A DNA stretch of 64,000 nucleotides. It comes from an uncultured candidate division Zixibacteria bacterium (GTDB lineage: Bacteria > Zixibacteria > MSB-5A5 > GN15 > FEB-12). Of the stretch, positions 33,720-43,697 are shown piece after piece; the stretch's first letter is position 1, and each line of letters begins with the position of its first letter. Location: contig CAVTJJ010000003.1 of assembly GCA_963735035.1 (NCBI GenBank), forward strand, positions 896,001 through 960,000, in the 5' to 3' direction. The translations under genes and the position numbers were made by a program. The notes under the pieces were generated by a model. That model had not been told where the DNA came from, did no database searches, and was given only the letters and a program-made list of their open reading frames with translations.

Positions 33720-34389
33720 CTAAGGTTCCCTGATGACGTATCCGACGCCGCGAACCGTCTCAATGATGTCCGGCTCACCTGCGGCGCACAACTTCTTCCT
33801 CAGGAAGTTGATGTACACGTCTATCACCGACGTATCGGTATCGAAATGGATGTCCCAGACGCTTTCGATAATGCGGGTTCGGGAACAGACTTTGCCGCGA
33901 TTGTGCAGCAGGTATTGCAGCAGAGCGAATTCCTTCGCCGTCAGTTCAATTACCCGGTCGCCGCGAAAGACCTGACGCGCGGTGAAATCCATCCGCAGAT
34001 CGCCCAGACGTGATCAAGTTGCTCTGAGGATCCTTCTGCCTGAGCTGGGCACGGATGCGCGCCAGCAGTTCCTCGAAACTGAACGGTTTGCGGACATAGT
34101 CATTGACGCCCGAGTCCAGGCCGAATACCACATCGTCGGTGGAATCGCGGGCGCTGAGTAATATGATGGGAGTGTGAGTGTTGCTCTTGCGAAAGTGACG
34201 GCACAGTTCAACACCGCTGATCCCGGGCAACATCCAATCTACCAGGAGTAGATCGTATTCGCTGATGCCTACTGCCTTCAAACCGTCGTTGCCGTTGGAA
34301 GCCACGTCCACGGCGTACCCCTCTTCCTTGAGGCCGTCCTGCAGGAAGGCGGCGATGCCCTGTTCATCTTCGACAATCAGTATTCTCAT
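33720..34389 (-). pseudogene. OmpR-family response regulator, one frameshift near 34005 (likely error)
   Basis: MRILIVEDE...DWMLPG...KPF in one frame; winged helix LTAKEF...TVRGVGY in the other. Confidence 0.85.
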
Positions 34390-34531
34390 AGCAGGTCGGT
34401 CAAATATAGCACCGAGTGGATTGCCGGCGAAAGTTTTTCTCCAGAAACGCGAAAATCGGCCAGCCAGGCGTAGCGGAAAAAATGACGCCCTGGCCGACCG
34501 ATCTCGCAAGCAAATGCGATATGGCAGGGGT

Positions 34532-35155
34532 CTAAGCTATCACGATAAAGCGATCTTTGCTGGTCATGCATATCCCACAGCGATTGGGAGCGCTGGCGTC
34601 ATAAGTATTGCCACAGGTGGCACAGACAGCAAACTGGCCAGACAACGAACCCTCGGCGCCTGATTTCAGGGCCTCAAGCGCTTTGGTGTACAGCATCTTG
34701 TGCGTCTTTTCCGTCTCGTAAGCATAATTGAAGGAAATTCCGGCAATGCTGATTTTCGAAGCGGTCACATTCTTCAGAAAGTCGGGATACATGGTAGCCA
34801 CTTCGTATGACTCACCCTTGATGGCATCTTCCAGGTTCTTTTCGGTTGTTGCTACCTCAAACTTCGGTGTGACTTGCGGTGCGACAACACTAAGCTGCTC
34901 CAGAACGGCCTTGTGATTGGCAGCGTGAATAGATTCGGATTTCGACGCCGCTTCGAACAGCTTGCTCACTTTTGTATAGCCCTCTTCGGCGGCTTTCTTC
35001 GAGAAGGCGGCATACTTGGCGCTCGCAGTCGATTCACCGGTAAAGGCCGCTTTGAGATCTTCGATGGTCTGGTTCCGGGCGGGATTCTCCTGGCCGAACG
35101 CGACTACTGACGCGATCAGCATCAGGGCCATGGCAAACAGTAAAGTCTTCTTCAT
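34532..35155 (-). CDS. Rubrerythrin-family protein with N-terminal signal peptide
   Basis: GESTASAKY, ESIH, GESYE, EKTH and C-terminal CATC/CGIC; MKKTLLFAMAL... leader; AAGGAG RBS. Confidence 0.85.
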   Translation of the reverse strand: MKKTLLFAMALMLIASVVAFGQENPARNQTIEDLKAAFTGESTASAKYAAFSKKAAEEGYTKVSKLFEAASKSESIHAANHKAVLEQLSVVAPQVTPKFEVATTEKNLEDAIKGESYEVATMYPDFLKNVTASKISIAGISFNYAYETEKTHKMLYTKALEALKSGAEGSLSGQFAVCATCGNTYDASAPNRCGICMTSKDRFIVIA

Positions 35156-35216
35156 CTTGTAACTCCTTCTAATTCCTTCAAATGGTTCAATATATTTTCG
35201 TGATAAGTTCTTCATT

Positions 35217-35705
35217 CTAGTCTTTGTCCTCAATCTCGGGCGAGGCCGATTCCTGCGTGTCCGGAATTCCAAAGCTCATCTCTACACCTGCGGCATGCTT
35301 GAAAACCAATTCGCCGCCGTAGTATCCGGTTCGGGCGATAGTTCCCACCCCAACTGCCAGCAAGACCACCATGACCCATTGCATCCAACCGTTCATCCGT
35401 TTGGTCACACCCAGGACAATCCGCAGTCCGGCCAAAACGATCATGGTCCACATAGCCAGTACCGCCGCGGATTCATGGGTCTCGAGGGCCGTGCCCAGGG
35501 CGCCCGCCTCGGTAACTCCGTCACCGGCGATATCGCCCGAGAAGTAAGCCGCGATGGTTCCCAGGGTGCCCAGCGTGATTAGATACAGGCCGGCCAGAGT
35601 GAAGAACGGTCGTTTGGTAACGGCGCCGACGAGATCGGACAGAAAGCCTATTATGATAAGAGCGATCGGAAAGTGGACGATCATCGGATGCAAGTGGTCT
35701 AACAT
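35217..35705 (-). CDS. DUF2231-like membrane protein
   Basis: LHPMIVHFPIAL, HE..A and GYYGGELVF motifs. Confidence 0.85.
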   Translation of the reverse strand: MLDHLHPMIVHFPIALIIIGFLSDLVGAVTKRPFFTLAGLYLITLGTLGTIAAYFSGDIAGDGVTEAGALGTALETHESAAVLAMWTMIVLAGLRIVLGVTKRMNGWMQWVMVVLLAVGVGTIARTGYYGGELVFKHAAGVEMSFGIPDTQESASPEIEDKD

Positions 35706-35759
35706 GACAATTTCCTTTTAGGGTTTCACCTGTCTCTGACAGCGTACAACAACGTGGAT

Positions 35760-35798
35760 CTAAAAGCCCCCTAAATAGATTCCTAAAATTGGCTTAAA
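35760..35798 (-). promoter_or_regulatory. Tandem direct repeats, candidate OmpR-type binding site
   Basis: CTAAA/TTAAA at 35760, 35771, 35783 and 35794 (11-12 bp period), upstream of the DUF2231 operon. Confidence 0.45.
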
Positions 35799-36020
35799 AT
35801 TGTGATTCTTCGGCACAGAAGACGATACTGAAAGGCGCAGAACTGCTATGACCGGGGTCTGTCCGGCCAATGGTTCTTTCAGACTCTTGATCAGAGAGGC
35901 CCAGGACACCCCCCCCTCAGTTTATCGCGGAATCATATCCCTTATCGAGTCATTGCAGAACGAACTCACTCGGTAGAGACCAGGAAGGTCACAGGAACGG
36001 GATGGAGTGAAACCATAATG

Positions 36021-36050
36021 CGATAACCCGCAGCTAGCTGCGGGTTATCG
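36021..36050. repeat. Perfect 30-bp palindrome (terminator or REP-like)
   Basis: CGATAACCCGCAGCTAGCTGCGGGTTATCG equals its own reverse complement. Confidence 0.7.
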
Positions 36051-36131
36051 GAAAACTATATCTTGGCCCTTAAGCAGGGAATCGATGAATCGTTAGCAGA
36101 GCCAAAGATTGTGTCGAAGCCGGATATCCGA

Positions 36132-36791
36132 CTAGAGTTTGACGCCCACCATGAAGGAAATATTCGTGTTCTTGACCGTGGGATCGCCTTCGAGATAGTA
36201 GGGATCACTCGGCTCCGCCCCGGTGACCGCGTTAATCTTGTCAGCGGCATCGACTATGCCGGACAGTCCCAGAGTATATCTGAGGTCGAACGTGACCCGC
36301 CTATAGTCGATCCCGCCACCGAAAACGAGACTAACGTCCATGCTCTTCGTGTAGTCCTTGATGTCGTACGTTTCGTTAATGATGTGGAATTTGGAAGCCA
36401 GCAAGACGCCCAGCGCCGGTCCGACAAACAGGTTCGGACGCATATTACCGTCGGGCGTGAAGTCGAATTTCAGCAACACCGGGATTTCCAGGTAGTCAAG
36501 GTTCAAGTGGGCGTTGAAGAAGAAGAGATCCTTTGCAGCGCCCTTGGTAACATAGAGAATCTCAGGTTGTACAGCGAATTGGCGGTTGAGCTTGTAGGTC
36601 AGGAAAGCGCCGGCGGAAAATCCGGTTCGGCTGTCAAGAAAATCGTTCAACTCGGCATAGTCGGTACTGATATCGGCAATATCAAAACCGAGTTTGAGTC
36701 CTTTACCCGTCACACCGACAGTCGTCTGTTGCGCACTCGCCGCGACACCAAGCATCAGGATCATTCCCGCCAGCAGGATCAGTTTCTTCAT
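36132..36791 (-). CDS. Outer-membrane beta-barrel (porin family) protein
   Basis: Signal peptide; QPEILYVTKG, YLEIPVLLK and DLRYTLGL motifs. Confidence 0.85.
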   Translation of the reverse strand: MKKLILLAGMILMLGVAASAQQTTVGVTGKGLKLGFDIADISTDYAELNDFLDSRTGFSAGAFLTYKLNRQFAVQPEILYVTKGAAKDLFFFNAHLNLDYLEIPVLLKFDFTPDGNMRPNLFVGPALGVLLASKFHIINETYDIKDYTKSMDVSLVFGGGIDYRRVTFDLRYTLGLSGIVDAADKINAVTGAEPSDPYYLEGDPTVKNTNISFMVGVKL

Positions 36792-37204
36792 ATACACTCC
36801 TCGCGTACCTAATGATTACCGATCGGTTCTTTCTTGCGGCTGCAATATCATGGATGAGTAAGCGCTTGACCAAGCAAAAAGAGACTGAGTGGTATCAATT
36901 CCGTCGCCATTCACACTTGATATCGTTCACCGGGAGGGAGACGGAAAATCTTCACATTGATTTGCGCCCTGCCCCTGTGTAACCATCAATAACTTCTAAT
37001 GTGGGATGCAACAACGCCTTATGTCTTTGTCTGTTTGCGCATGGTCATGTCTGTCACGACGAATGATGCTCTCTAGACGGATGCAAGAACCTCCCTGTGT
37101 GGCCTAATTGTGACAGTTTTGGTTAGCATTTGTGCAGAGTTATGTCTGTGTCACCCTCCCAGCCGCCATTTCCCTTGTTTGACTTCCTGGGTTGGCAACC
37201 TTGA

Positions 37205-37546
37205 TCAGTCCCGATCAAAATGCTGAAGATGATCCGGAATCGGAACGGAAATCTCCACGTATCCTTGAAACACTCCCTCTTTCGAAAGCGGAATTTGGTG
37301 GATGATCTTCTTCTGCCCATTCTTCCGGATCGTGTAATGATTGGGTTGGTGCGCTTTGTACATCGCGGCCAGTTGGGTCCGCGAAGGTTCAGGGTGGCAC
37401 GCCAGGACATCACTCCCAATCAGCTTGGCCCCGCCATCAGATGCAAAGGTGGCAATCGAAGTGGGGTTCATTTCGGTGATTATTCCATCGGCATCCGTGA
37501 CCGTGATTGCAATTGCAATCTGGTTCGTCCAGTTATCGGTGGGCAT
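37205..37546 (-). CDS. Stand-alone PAS-domain protein
   Basis: AITVTDADGII.EMN; LIGSDVLACHPEP; YTIRKNGQKK. Confidence 0.8.
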   Translation of the reverse strand: MPTDNWTNQIAIAITVTDADGIITEMNPTSIATFASDGGAKLIGSDVLACHPEPSRTQLAAMYKAHQPNHYTIRKNGQKKIIHQIPLSKEGVFQGYVEISVPIPDHLQHFDRD

Positions 37547-37779
37547 TGCGTTTCTCCTGTCTGATTTCTTGCACCGGGGGAATATACAAGAACCCGCGTC
37601 CACAGACTACGACTACACGAGCTTGACCTCGCTCGAATTGGGTTCGAACCTGCAAGCAACTGGCAGTAGGGGATCGCCCCGACGCGCATTGTGGCACAAT
37701 GGCTTACGGCTCATCGTGATCAAGTCATGACCGCTCGCAAACTGAGAAACTGGTGTATTCGGACCTGGCAGAAAAGAGC

Positions 37780-37811
37780 AGAGGGCCGGTAGACAATGCC
37801 ACCTGCCCTCT
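37780..37811 (-). terminator. Putative terminator after the S8 peptidase
   Basis: AGAGGGC...GCCCTCT stem followed on the minus strand by GCTCTTTT. Confidence 0.45.
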
Positions 37812-37835
37812 GTTTGTACTCTCTCGCTTATCGTA

Positions 37836-39929
37836 CTACTTCAGCAGCAACATCTTCTTCATCTGAACTACTTCGCCCGCGCTGAGACGGTATAGGTATA
37901 CGCCAGTCGAAACTGAGCTACCTTTATCGTCAGTGCCGTTCCACTCTGTCTGATACGAGCCTGCCGACATAGTCTCGTTTACCAACGTCCTCACCTTCTG
38001 GCCAATCACATTGAAGACTTCGATCGTAACCTTCGTCTGTGATGGCAGACTATATTCGATCGTGGTCGTCGGATTGAACGGATTCGGGTAATTCTGTCCC
38101 AGTACGTAGAGGGAAGGAAGGACCTGATTCGGCTCACTGACATCAAGTGTGTTCGCCAGAGCCCGGACAGCATTGATTCTGCCGCCACTTACCACCTTGC
38201 CCTGCAATTGTGTCAGGCCGTCGACTGAGTTGAATATACTCCTTCGCAAATCTGCAAACGTCGTGTTCAGGTTCTGCGAAAGAATCAGACCCGCCAGCCC
38301 GGCCACGTGAGGCGACGCCATCGAGGTACCATCTATGTATTCGTAGCTCCATTCACTCCCGCTGCCCCCACCGTTCGCGGTGATTATTACATCATCAATG
38401 TACGCTCCATCGAAACAAGTTGACGCGTCAGTGCTCAACCTGAAGCGCAGATAGACCTGCGCATAACCTTCCAGGACGGAAAGGGGGACCCGCACTGATA
38501 CGAATTGTCCGCTTGTCGTGCCTGTGCGCCCATCGATGATGCTCCACGAATACCCATCGACACAGGCGTCGACAAAAAGCCAGTCATACTGGGATTCCGT
38601 ATCGAGCCTGAGCTGAAAATCAAGGACGGGTTGACTACCAGGTGCGAAGCTGAGAGGCTTTACCAGCATCAAGCATGATTCCTGATTGTTCTGGTACGTC
38701 CCTCCCGGGCTGTCTGTTGCGCTGTGGGTGGGGCTCACGCAGGCCTCTTGAGTGAGTTGCCAGTATCCATTTGTCCACCAATTAGACCCGTCCTCCATAT
38801 TGTCCTGGAACAGGACGTTTCCGGTACTCGACGCCGGAACGGTACTGAATATTTTCACCCCCGGTGCAGCAACGTCAACGCCGATCGCCCCGTAGTTTGA
38901 AAACGAAGCCAGTCGATCATTCTTATCCGTCGCTGCCACGGTTATGACATTTTCAAGGTCAAAACTCCCCGGTGTATATGGTGTCACGTCAATGTTGACC
39001 CCATCATTTCCGGCGGCACACACGAACAGAACCCCCTTGTCACGAGCATACTTCACAGCGTCGTAGACCATCTGATCGTATCCCGGCCCGCCCCAACTGG
39101 CATTAATGATTCTGGCGCCATTGTCTACAGCGTATTTGACGGCCTTTATCAGATCGGCAGTCAAGCCGCCGTTTTCCCCCAACGCTCGAACCGCCATGAT
39201 CTTCGCTTTCCAGCAAACACCCGCTACACCTATTCCGTTGTTGCCCACCGCGGCTATGGTGCCCGCGACATGTGTGCCATGTTTGCCGGCCGCCGGGTCG
39301 TTGTCGTTTTGAACGAAATCCCAGCCATAATAGTCGTCAACGAAGCCGTTATTGTCGTCATCGACACCATTGATCGGATCATCGGCATTGACCCACATAT
39401 TCGCGGCCAGGTCTTCATGACCCCGGTAAACACCGTCATCCACAACCGCAATGACCACTTCCTCGGAACCGATAGTTACATCCCACGCCGACAGCGCTCT
39501 GATATCGGCGTTCTGCGTCCCTCGGTCGCCGCCGACCGACTGCCCTGAATTGCTCATTCCCCAAAGACTGTCAAAGTGAGCGTCGTTGGGGCGGCTGAAG
39601 TTGTGATAGATGAAGTTGTACTGTACGTACTCTACTCCGCTCTTCTGTTCCAGAGAGTTCTTCGCCTCGTCGAGTGATGAGCCATCCGGGATCCGGAGTA
39701 TGACCGCATTCATATCCGGAATTTCCTCTTTGATCGACGCGTTCAGGTCCGCCGCCATGGCGCCGCCCTGAACCATGGCGCCTCTACCCGTAAACTTGAC
39801 AATTAGCTCATTCGGGACATACTGCAACTGAGTGATCGGTCGCAATTCACCCTTCGCAGTGTCAGGACGAACTGATGCGCTCCACAGGAGGGTGAAGCTT
39901 ACGGTAACTGCAATAACATCCCTCAACAT
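37836..39929 (-). CDS. Secreted S8 (subtilisin-like) serine peptidase with inserted beta-sandwich and C-terminal FlgD-Ig/sorting-like domain
   Basis: VVDDG, HGTHVAG, AAGN, GTSMASPHVAG; QNYPNPFNP...KKMLLLK. Confidence 0.95.
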   Translation of the reverse strand: MLRDVIAVTVSFTLLWSASVRPDTAKGELRPITQLQYVPNELIVKFTGRGAMVQGGAMAADLNASIKEEIPDMNAVILRIPDGSSLDEAKNSLEQKSGVEYVQYNFIYHNFSRPNDAHFDSLWGMSNSGQSVGGDRGTQNADIRALSAWDVTIGSEEVVIAVVDDGVYRGHEDLAANMWVNADDPINGVDDDNNGFVDDYYGWDFVQNDNDPAAGKHGTHVAGTIAAVGNNGIGVAGVCWKAKIMAVRALGENGGLTADLIKAVKYAVDNGARIINASWGGPGYDQMVYDAVKYARDKGVLFVCAAGNDGVNIDVTPYTPGSFDLENVITVAATDKNDRLASFSNYGAIGVDVAAPGVKIFSTVPASSTGNVLFQDNMEDGSNWWTNGYWQLTQEACVSPTHSATDSPGGTYQNNQESCLMLVKPLSFAPGSQPVLDFQLRLDTESQYDWLFVDACVDGYSWSIIDGRTGTTSGQFVSVRVPLSVLEGYAQVYLRFRLSTDASTCFDGAYIDDVIITANGGGSGSEWSYEYIDGTSMASPHVAGLAGLILSQNLNTTFADLRRSIFNSVDGLTQLQGKVVSGGRINAVRALANTLDVSEPNQVLPSLYVLGQNYPNPFNPTTTIEYSLPSQTKVTIEVFNVIGQKVRTLVNETMSAGSYQTEWNGTDDKGSSVSTGVYLYRLSAGEVVQMKKMLLLK

Positions 39930-39966
39930 GGGTCTTATCCTTTCGGTTTATGTTCTTCTGGACATA

Positions 39967-39993
39967 AGTACCGCAGGACCCTCTGTTGTTACA
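39967..39993 (-). promoter_or_regulatory. ECF-type promoter motif copy 1 (S8 peptidase)
   Basis: TGTAAC-AACAGAGGGTCCTGC-GGTACT. Confidence 0.75.
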
Positions 39994-40287
39994 GAGATGC
40001 CGGAAGATACTGACCACCCCGAGAACGACGGTCAATCGTCATTGAAGACGGCCTTCTCAGACCCCGGCAGGCCGACGGGGGGACAGTTTGCTTGGCTGCG
40101 CGTGGCTGTGCCCGGCTCATCTGCCAGATACCGCTTTGGAAAACGAGAAAGTAATAATGAAGCCTGAATGACCGATCGGACTCCCTCTGCGTGTCAATTG
40201 AAAGAAGATCTGGAATCCGTTTATCAGACTTGAGATTTGGACAAATAGTAAGCTCGCCGCCGCTGGATTTCAGTGCTACGACAACTG

Positions 40288-41145
40288 CTATCTATCTGTT
40301 ACAAGCCTAAACGAGAATGAACTCTCATTTACATTGAGCGAATCGGCGAAGCTCTTTTCTGCCACCACAAATTGGTACGATCCATCAATGATGTTCTTTG
40401 TATCCAGGATTAGCTGAATTTTGCCCGGTACACTGTAATTGGCGAAGAGTGTGATCGGTGCTCTTTCGCGTTTCCCGGAATCAAAAAGTGAGTACTCATA
40501 ACGATTCTCACTCGATAGATGATAAAATGGCAGGTCCATGCGAACCAGAGCATCACGTTCTGTTCGCGTGACCGTAGGCACGTCGGATGATGAGCGATTC
40601 GCCTCAAGAAGTTGGAATACCTGAACGGGCACTGACTTATTATCACCGCTCGGTGCATGACCATTCGAATCGGTGAACCATCTGACGGTGGGATATGCAG
40701 CAAGCAGGAGAAGAAAGTACGCTACTGCCGGTTTGCGTAGAGGAATCACAATGTAATTCAGAACGGTCTGCCATATCGGAGCGCGATTAAGTTCCGACCT
40801 AACCGAGGCAGAGAGTTCCGTTTCAAGATCGTTCAAGAAAGCCAGATCGTAAGCGCACTTCTCGCAACTCTTCAGATGAGCTTCAATACGGCTTCGAACT
40901 TCGGGTGACAGACCGTGTCGGTTCTCATGATAGGAGGATACATCCTCTTGAGAAAGGTGACCCGCATGACCTGAAGAATTGGCTTCTGTGGCCGGCTTCT
41001 TGAGCATCCGCATGACCTTCAAGCTGTCCCGACACTCCACGCAGGCATCCAGGTGCCGCTTGACTTCCTGCGTCTCGGCCGGATCAAGATGGCCCGTGGC
41101 AAAGTCATTCAGCTTGAGCCGGATATTTTCATCTAAGCATTTCAT
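40288..41145 (-). CDS. Membrane-anchored anti-sigma factor with two zf-HC2 (ZAS) fingers
   Basis: HLDACVEC and HLKSCEKC, one TM (PAVAYFLLLLAAYP) and a C-terminal extracytoplasmic domain; follows the ECF sigma gene. Confidence 0.85.
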   Translation of the reverse strand: MKCLDENIRLKLNDFATGHLDPAETQEVKRHLDACVECRDSLKVMRMLKKPATEANSSGHAGHLSQEDVSSYHENRHGLSPEVRSRIEAHLKSCEKCAYDLAFLNDLETELSASVRSELNRAPIWQTVLNYIVIPLRKPAVAYFLLLLAAYPTVRWFTDSNGHAPSGDNKSVPVQVFQLLEANRSSSDVPTVTRTERDALVRMDLPFYHLSSENRYEYSLFDSGKRERAPITLFANYSVPGKIQLILDTKNIIDGSYQFVVAEKSFADSLNVNESSFSFRLVTDR

Positions 41146-41161
41146 GTGTCACCAACACAGA

Positions 41162-41188
41162 GGTGCCATCAGGCACCCGCCTGTTACA
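41162..41188 (-). promoter_or_regulatory. ECF-type promoter motif copy 2 (anti-sigma)
   Basis: TGTAAC-AGGCGGGTGCCTGAT-GGCACC; the -35 box overlaps the sigma stop codon. Confidence 0.7.
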
Positions 41189-41738
41189 GCAATTCTTTGA
41201 CAAAATCCAGGTTTCTTGCCCGATCCAGACACCTAGAGATGGCGGTGCTGGTGGCGTTTTTGGTCTTCTTGAGGTGATCGGCTATTTCCCGATCCGACCA
41301 TCCCTGCCGAAACTTCATGTCCAACAATTGGTTACACTTAGGGTCCAGGGCCATAAGAATATCCGTTGCCAGTTGACCATCGACCACTTGATCGTCGGTC
41401 GCAACGCCTTTCGATTCGACATAGTCCAGCGGATCGTCAGTATAACTCACTCTAGCGCTTAATCTTAACCGCCTATTGATGCGGAATCTGATGGTCTGGT
41501 AGATATAGACGTTGAATGCCGACAGCGTGTCGCCCCTGAATCGGCTTGCCCGCAAGCTGTCGAAGAGGATTTCGATCACTTCGGAGACGATCTCTTCAGG
41601 ATCTGTGTCCGAAGGTACCCCCTGGTGATACACGTACTGAGTGATCTTCTTCTTTATGATCGTGAACTGGCGACTGTCGCCCTTCAGAAAACCGTCTACA
41701 ACTAGTGTGAGTAATTGCTTGTCGTGATCGGTCTGCAT
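41184..41738 (-). CDS. ECF-subfamily RNA polymerase sigma factor
   Basis: 184 aa; region 2 (DPEEIVSEV...F..YIYQTIR) and region 4 (LDPKC.QLL.MKF.QGWSDREIA). Confidence 0.85.
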   Translation of the reverse strand: MQTDHDKQLLTLVVDGFLKGDSRQFTIIKKKITQYVYHQGVPSDTDPEEIVSEVIEILFDSLRASRFRGDTLSAFNVYIYQTIRFRINRRLRLSARVSYTDDPLDYVESKGVATDDQVVDGQLATDILMALDPKCNQLLDMKFRQGWSDREIADHLKKTKNATSTAISRCLDRARNLDFVKELL

Positions 41739-41890
41739 CTACGCCTCGACAAGGTACAATGCCTTCCGCCTGCCTGTTGTCTACTCTTTTGGAAGAGCGG
41801 TCCTGTCCCCAGAGTATAGTGGGCATCATACTCAACCACAATAACTTTCTCTGATTCGCGCCCGGCATACCTGCCATCGAGTTGAGACCA

Positions 41891-41917
41891 TGTAACAAAA
41901 AACTTCGAGCATGCACT
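41891..41917 (+). promoter_or_regulatory. ECF-type promoter motif copy 3
   Basis: TGTAAC-AAAAAACTTCGAGCA-TGCACT. Confidence 0.65.
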
Positions 41918-42077
41918 TATGATCGGTAGGAAGATTGAAACCACAGGACGAGAAGAAGCCCGGCTGATAACTATGGGAACTTAGACCGAAAATTGACCAC
42001 AAACCGTGCGACCCGCCGAATTCTGCTCTCCGACTGAGCGGGGGGATGCCCGCTCCCACCTTAGAGGTGGTCATGGT

Positions 42078-42121
42078 GCGCCCGGCCTCTCTTGAATGAG
42101 ACGGCCGGGCGCCTCCATTTT
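42078..42121 (+). terminator. GC-rich hairpin, putative terminator
   Basis: GCGCCCGGCC...GGCCGGGCGC followed by CTCCATTTT. Confidence 0.5.
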
Positions 42122-42155
42122 GGTTGGGTAAGATTCGCTGCGGGGTTCAAAACCG

Positions 42156-42182
42156 TGTAACAAAAGACCGGACCCTGGCACT
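42156..42182 (+). promoter_or_regulatory. ECF-type promoter motif copy 4
   Basis: TGTAAC-AAAAGACCGGACCCT-GGCACT. Confidence 0.75.
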
Positions 42183-42437
42183 GATAGTCAGATACAAGAT
42201 AACCGGTCGATGCCCCCGGAGTGTGTACTCCCGCGGATGTTGACAAAGAAAGAAGTTTGCATATATTTGTAAGAGGTACTACTCAACTGGAAATCATTGC
42301 CAACCATTGATAATGCAGCCCGCGTAAGGTGACAGCAGCAAATTGGCTGTGCGTCTGAGACCCCTCGGGCAATTTGGCAATACGCGTTCCGCCACAACGA
42401 AAACGAGTTGAACAAAATACAGAGGAGAAAGCGAAAT

Positions 42438-43678
42438 ATGCGCCCTACGCAGCTATTGCTTACGGCAATCATGGCGGCAACATTTCTGGTCCTTACGGGC
42501 TCGTTGTTTGCCGATCCGGTTCCTGAATACCAGAGAATACCGGAAAGTTTCACTGTCCAGGGATTCGCACTCGATAGCGCGGGATTCCCGATTCCCGATG
42601 GCGTCTATCCTGTCACGTTCACTACCTACCATGACTCTTTATGTTCGGTTCCGGTATACACAGAGACACAATCGCTCGAGATCCAGGGCGGAAGGTTTGG
42701 TTCAATTGTCTTTGGACTGAATGGCATCGGCCCCTGGCCTCGTCCATTCCATCCGACAATTGACATTTATCCGTCTCGGTACCTAAAGATATCTATTGAT
42801 GGTCAGGACATCCTGCCAATTATAGAGTTGCAGTCAGCTCCGACAGCTGTGATGGCTAGGCAGTGTTCGAGGCGATATCTTCACTTACGAAGGGGGGACG
42901 ATATTCGCCAACCAGAATCTGGATTCGTCCGGGTATGTTAAGATCGACGGTGGCGCAGATAGTTCGTCGATCGGGCTGTTCAGTCCGGGTGCAGCTGATC
43001 CAAGCGTGCTACTTTCAAACCCGAGCTCGGGGGCACCGTCTCTGACAATGGGGGAGTCCTCCGGGGGTGCAATGCATACTATGACCATGGGACCCTCGGG
43101 CATAACGTTCGCATATTCACCAAGTTGGCCGGCAGGCTGGGATACTACACTCATCTTTTCCGGTGACAAGTTGACGTGCGCCGATACAATTAGTTCAACC
43201 TCGGGGGGATTTCAGTTCCCGGATGGCACCGTTCAGACAACAGCCGCTGGTTCAGGAGGCGGCCCGTGGGAGACTTCCGGCTTGAATGTTTACGTCGATA
43301 CCTCAGGTATTGACGATTACAGTGTTGGAGTAAATACGGCCACGCCCAATAGCCCGCTTCAGGTGGCAATGGTGCCGTTGCAACGGCTTTACGAACCTTG
43401 TTGGAGCACAATTGTGACGCCTGACATCTGATCACTCCGTCGTACTTGTTTCTCCAAACGCCGGTCCAATAACGATCAGTCTGCCGACTGCGGCCGGCAT
43501 AAGCGGCCGACAATACACTATCAAGAGGTCTGCCCTCGGCCCCGCTAACAGCGTCACCATTGACGCCTTGGCTCTGAATACATCGACGGCAGCCTATCAT
43601 ACTCCCTATCGGCGCAGTGGTAAGTACGTGGTGTTGGTTAGCAACGGTTCTTACTGGTGGGTCATTGGCAACAACTAA
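42438..43678 (+). pseudogene. Secreted fibre/adhesin-like hypothetical protein, multiple frameshifts
   Basis: Signal peptide then VQGFALDSAGFPIPDGVYPVTF, then GGFQFPDGTVQTTA and VGVNTATP. The C-terminus can be rebuilt across frames as ...ISLPTAAGISGRQYTIKR...VLVSNGSYWWVIGNN*. Confidence 0.6.
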
Positions 43679-43697
43679 GACAAGGCGAAGTAGTAAG

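Noticed and set aside
40270..40303. TGTAACA at the anti-sigma 3' end
   Set aside because: It lies within the CDS and the downstream GCACT is at the wrong spacing.
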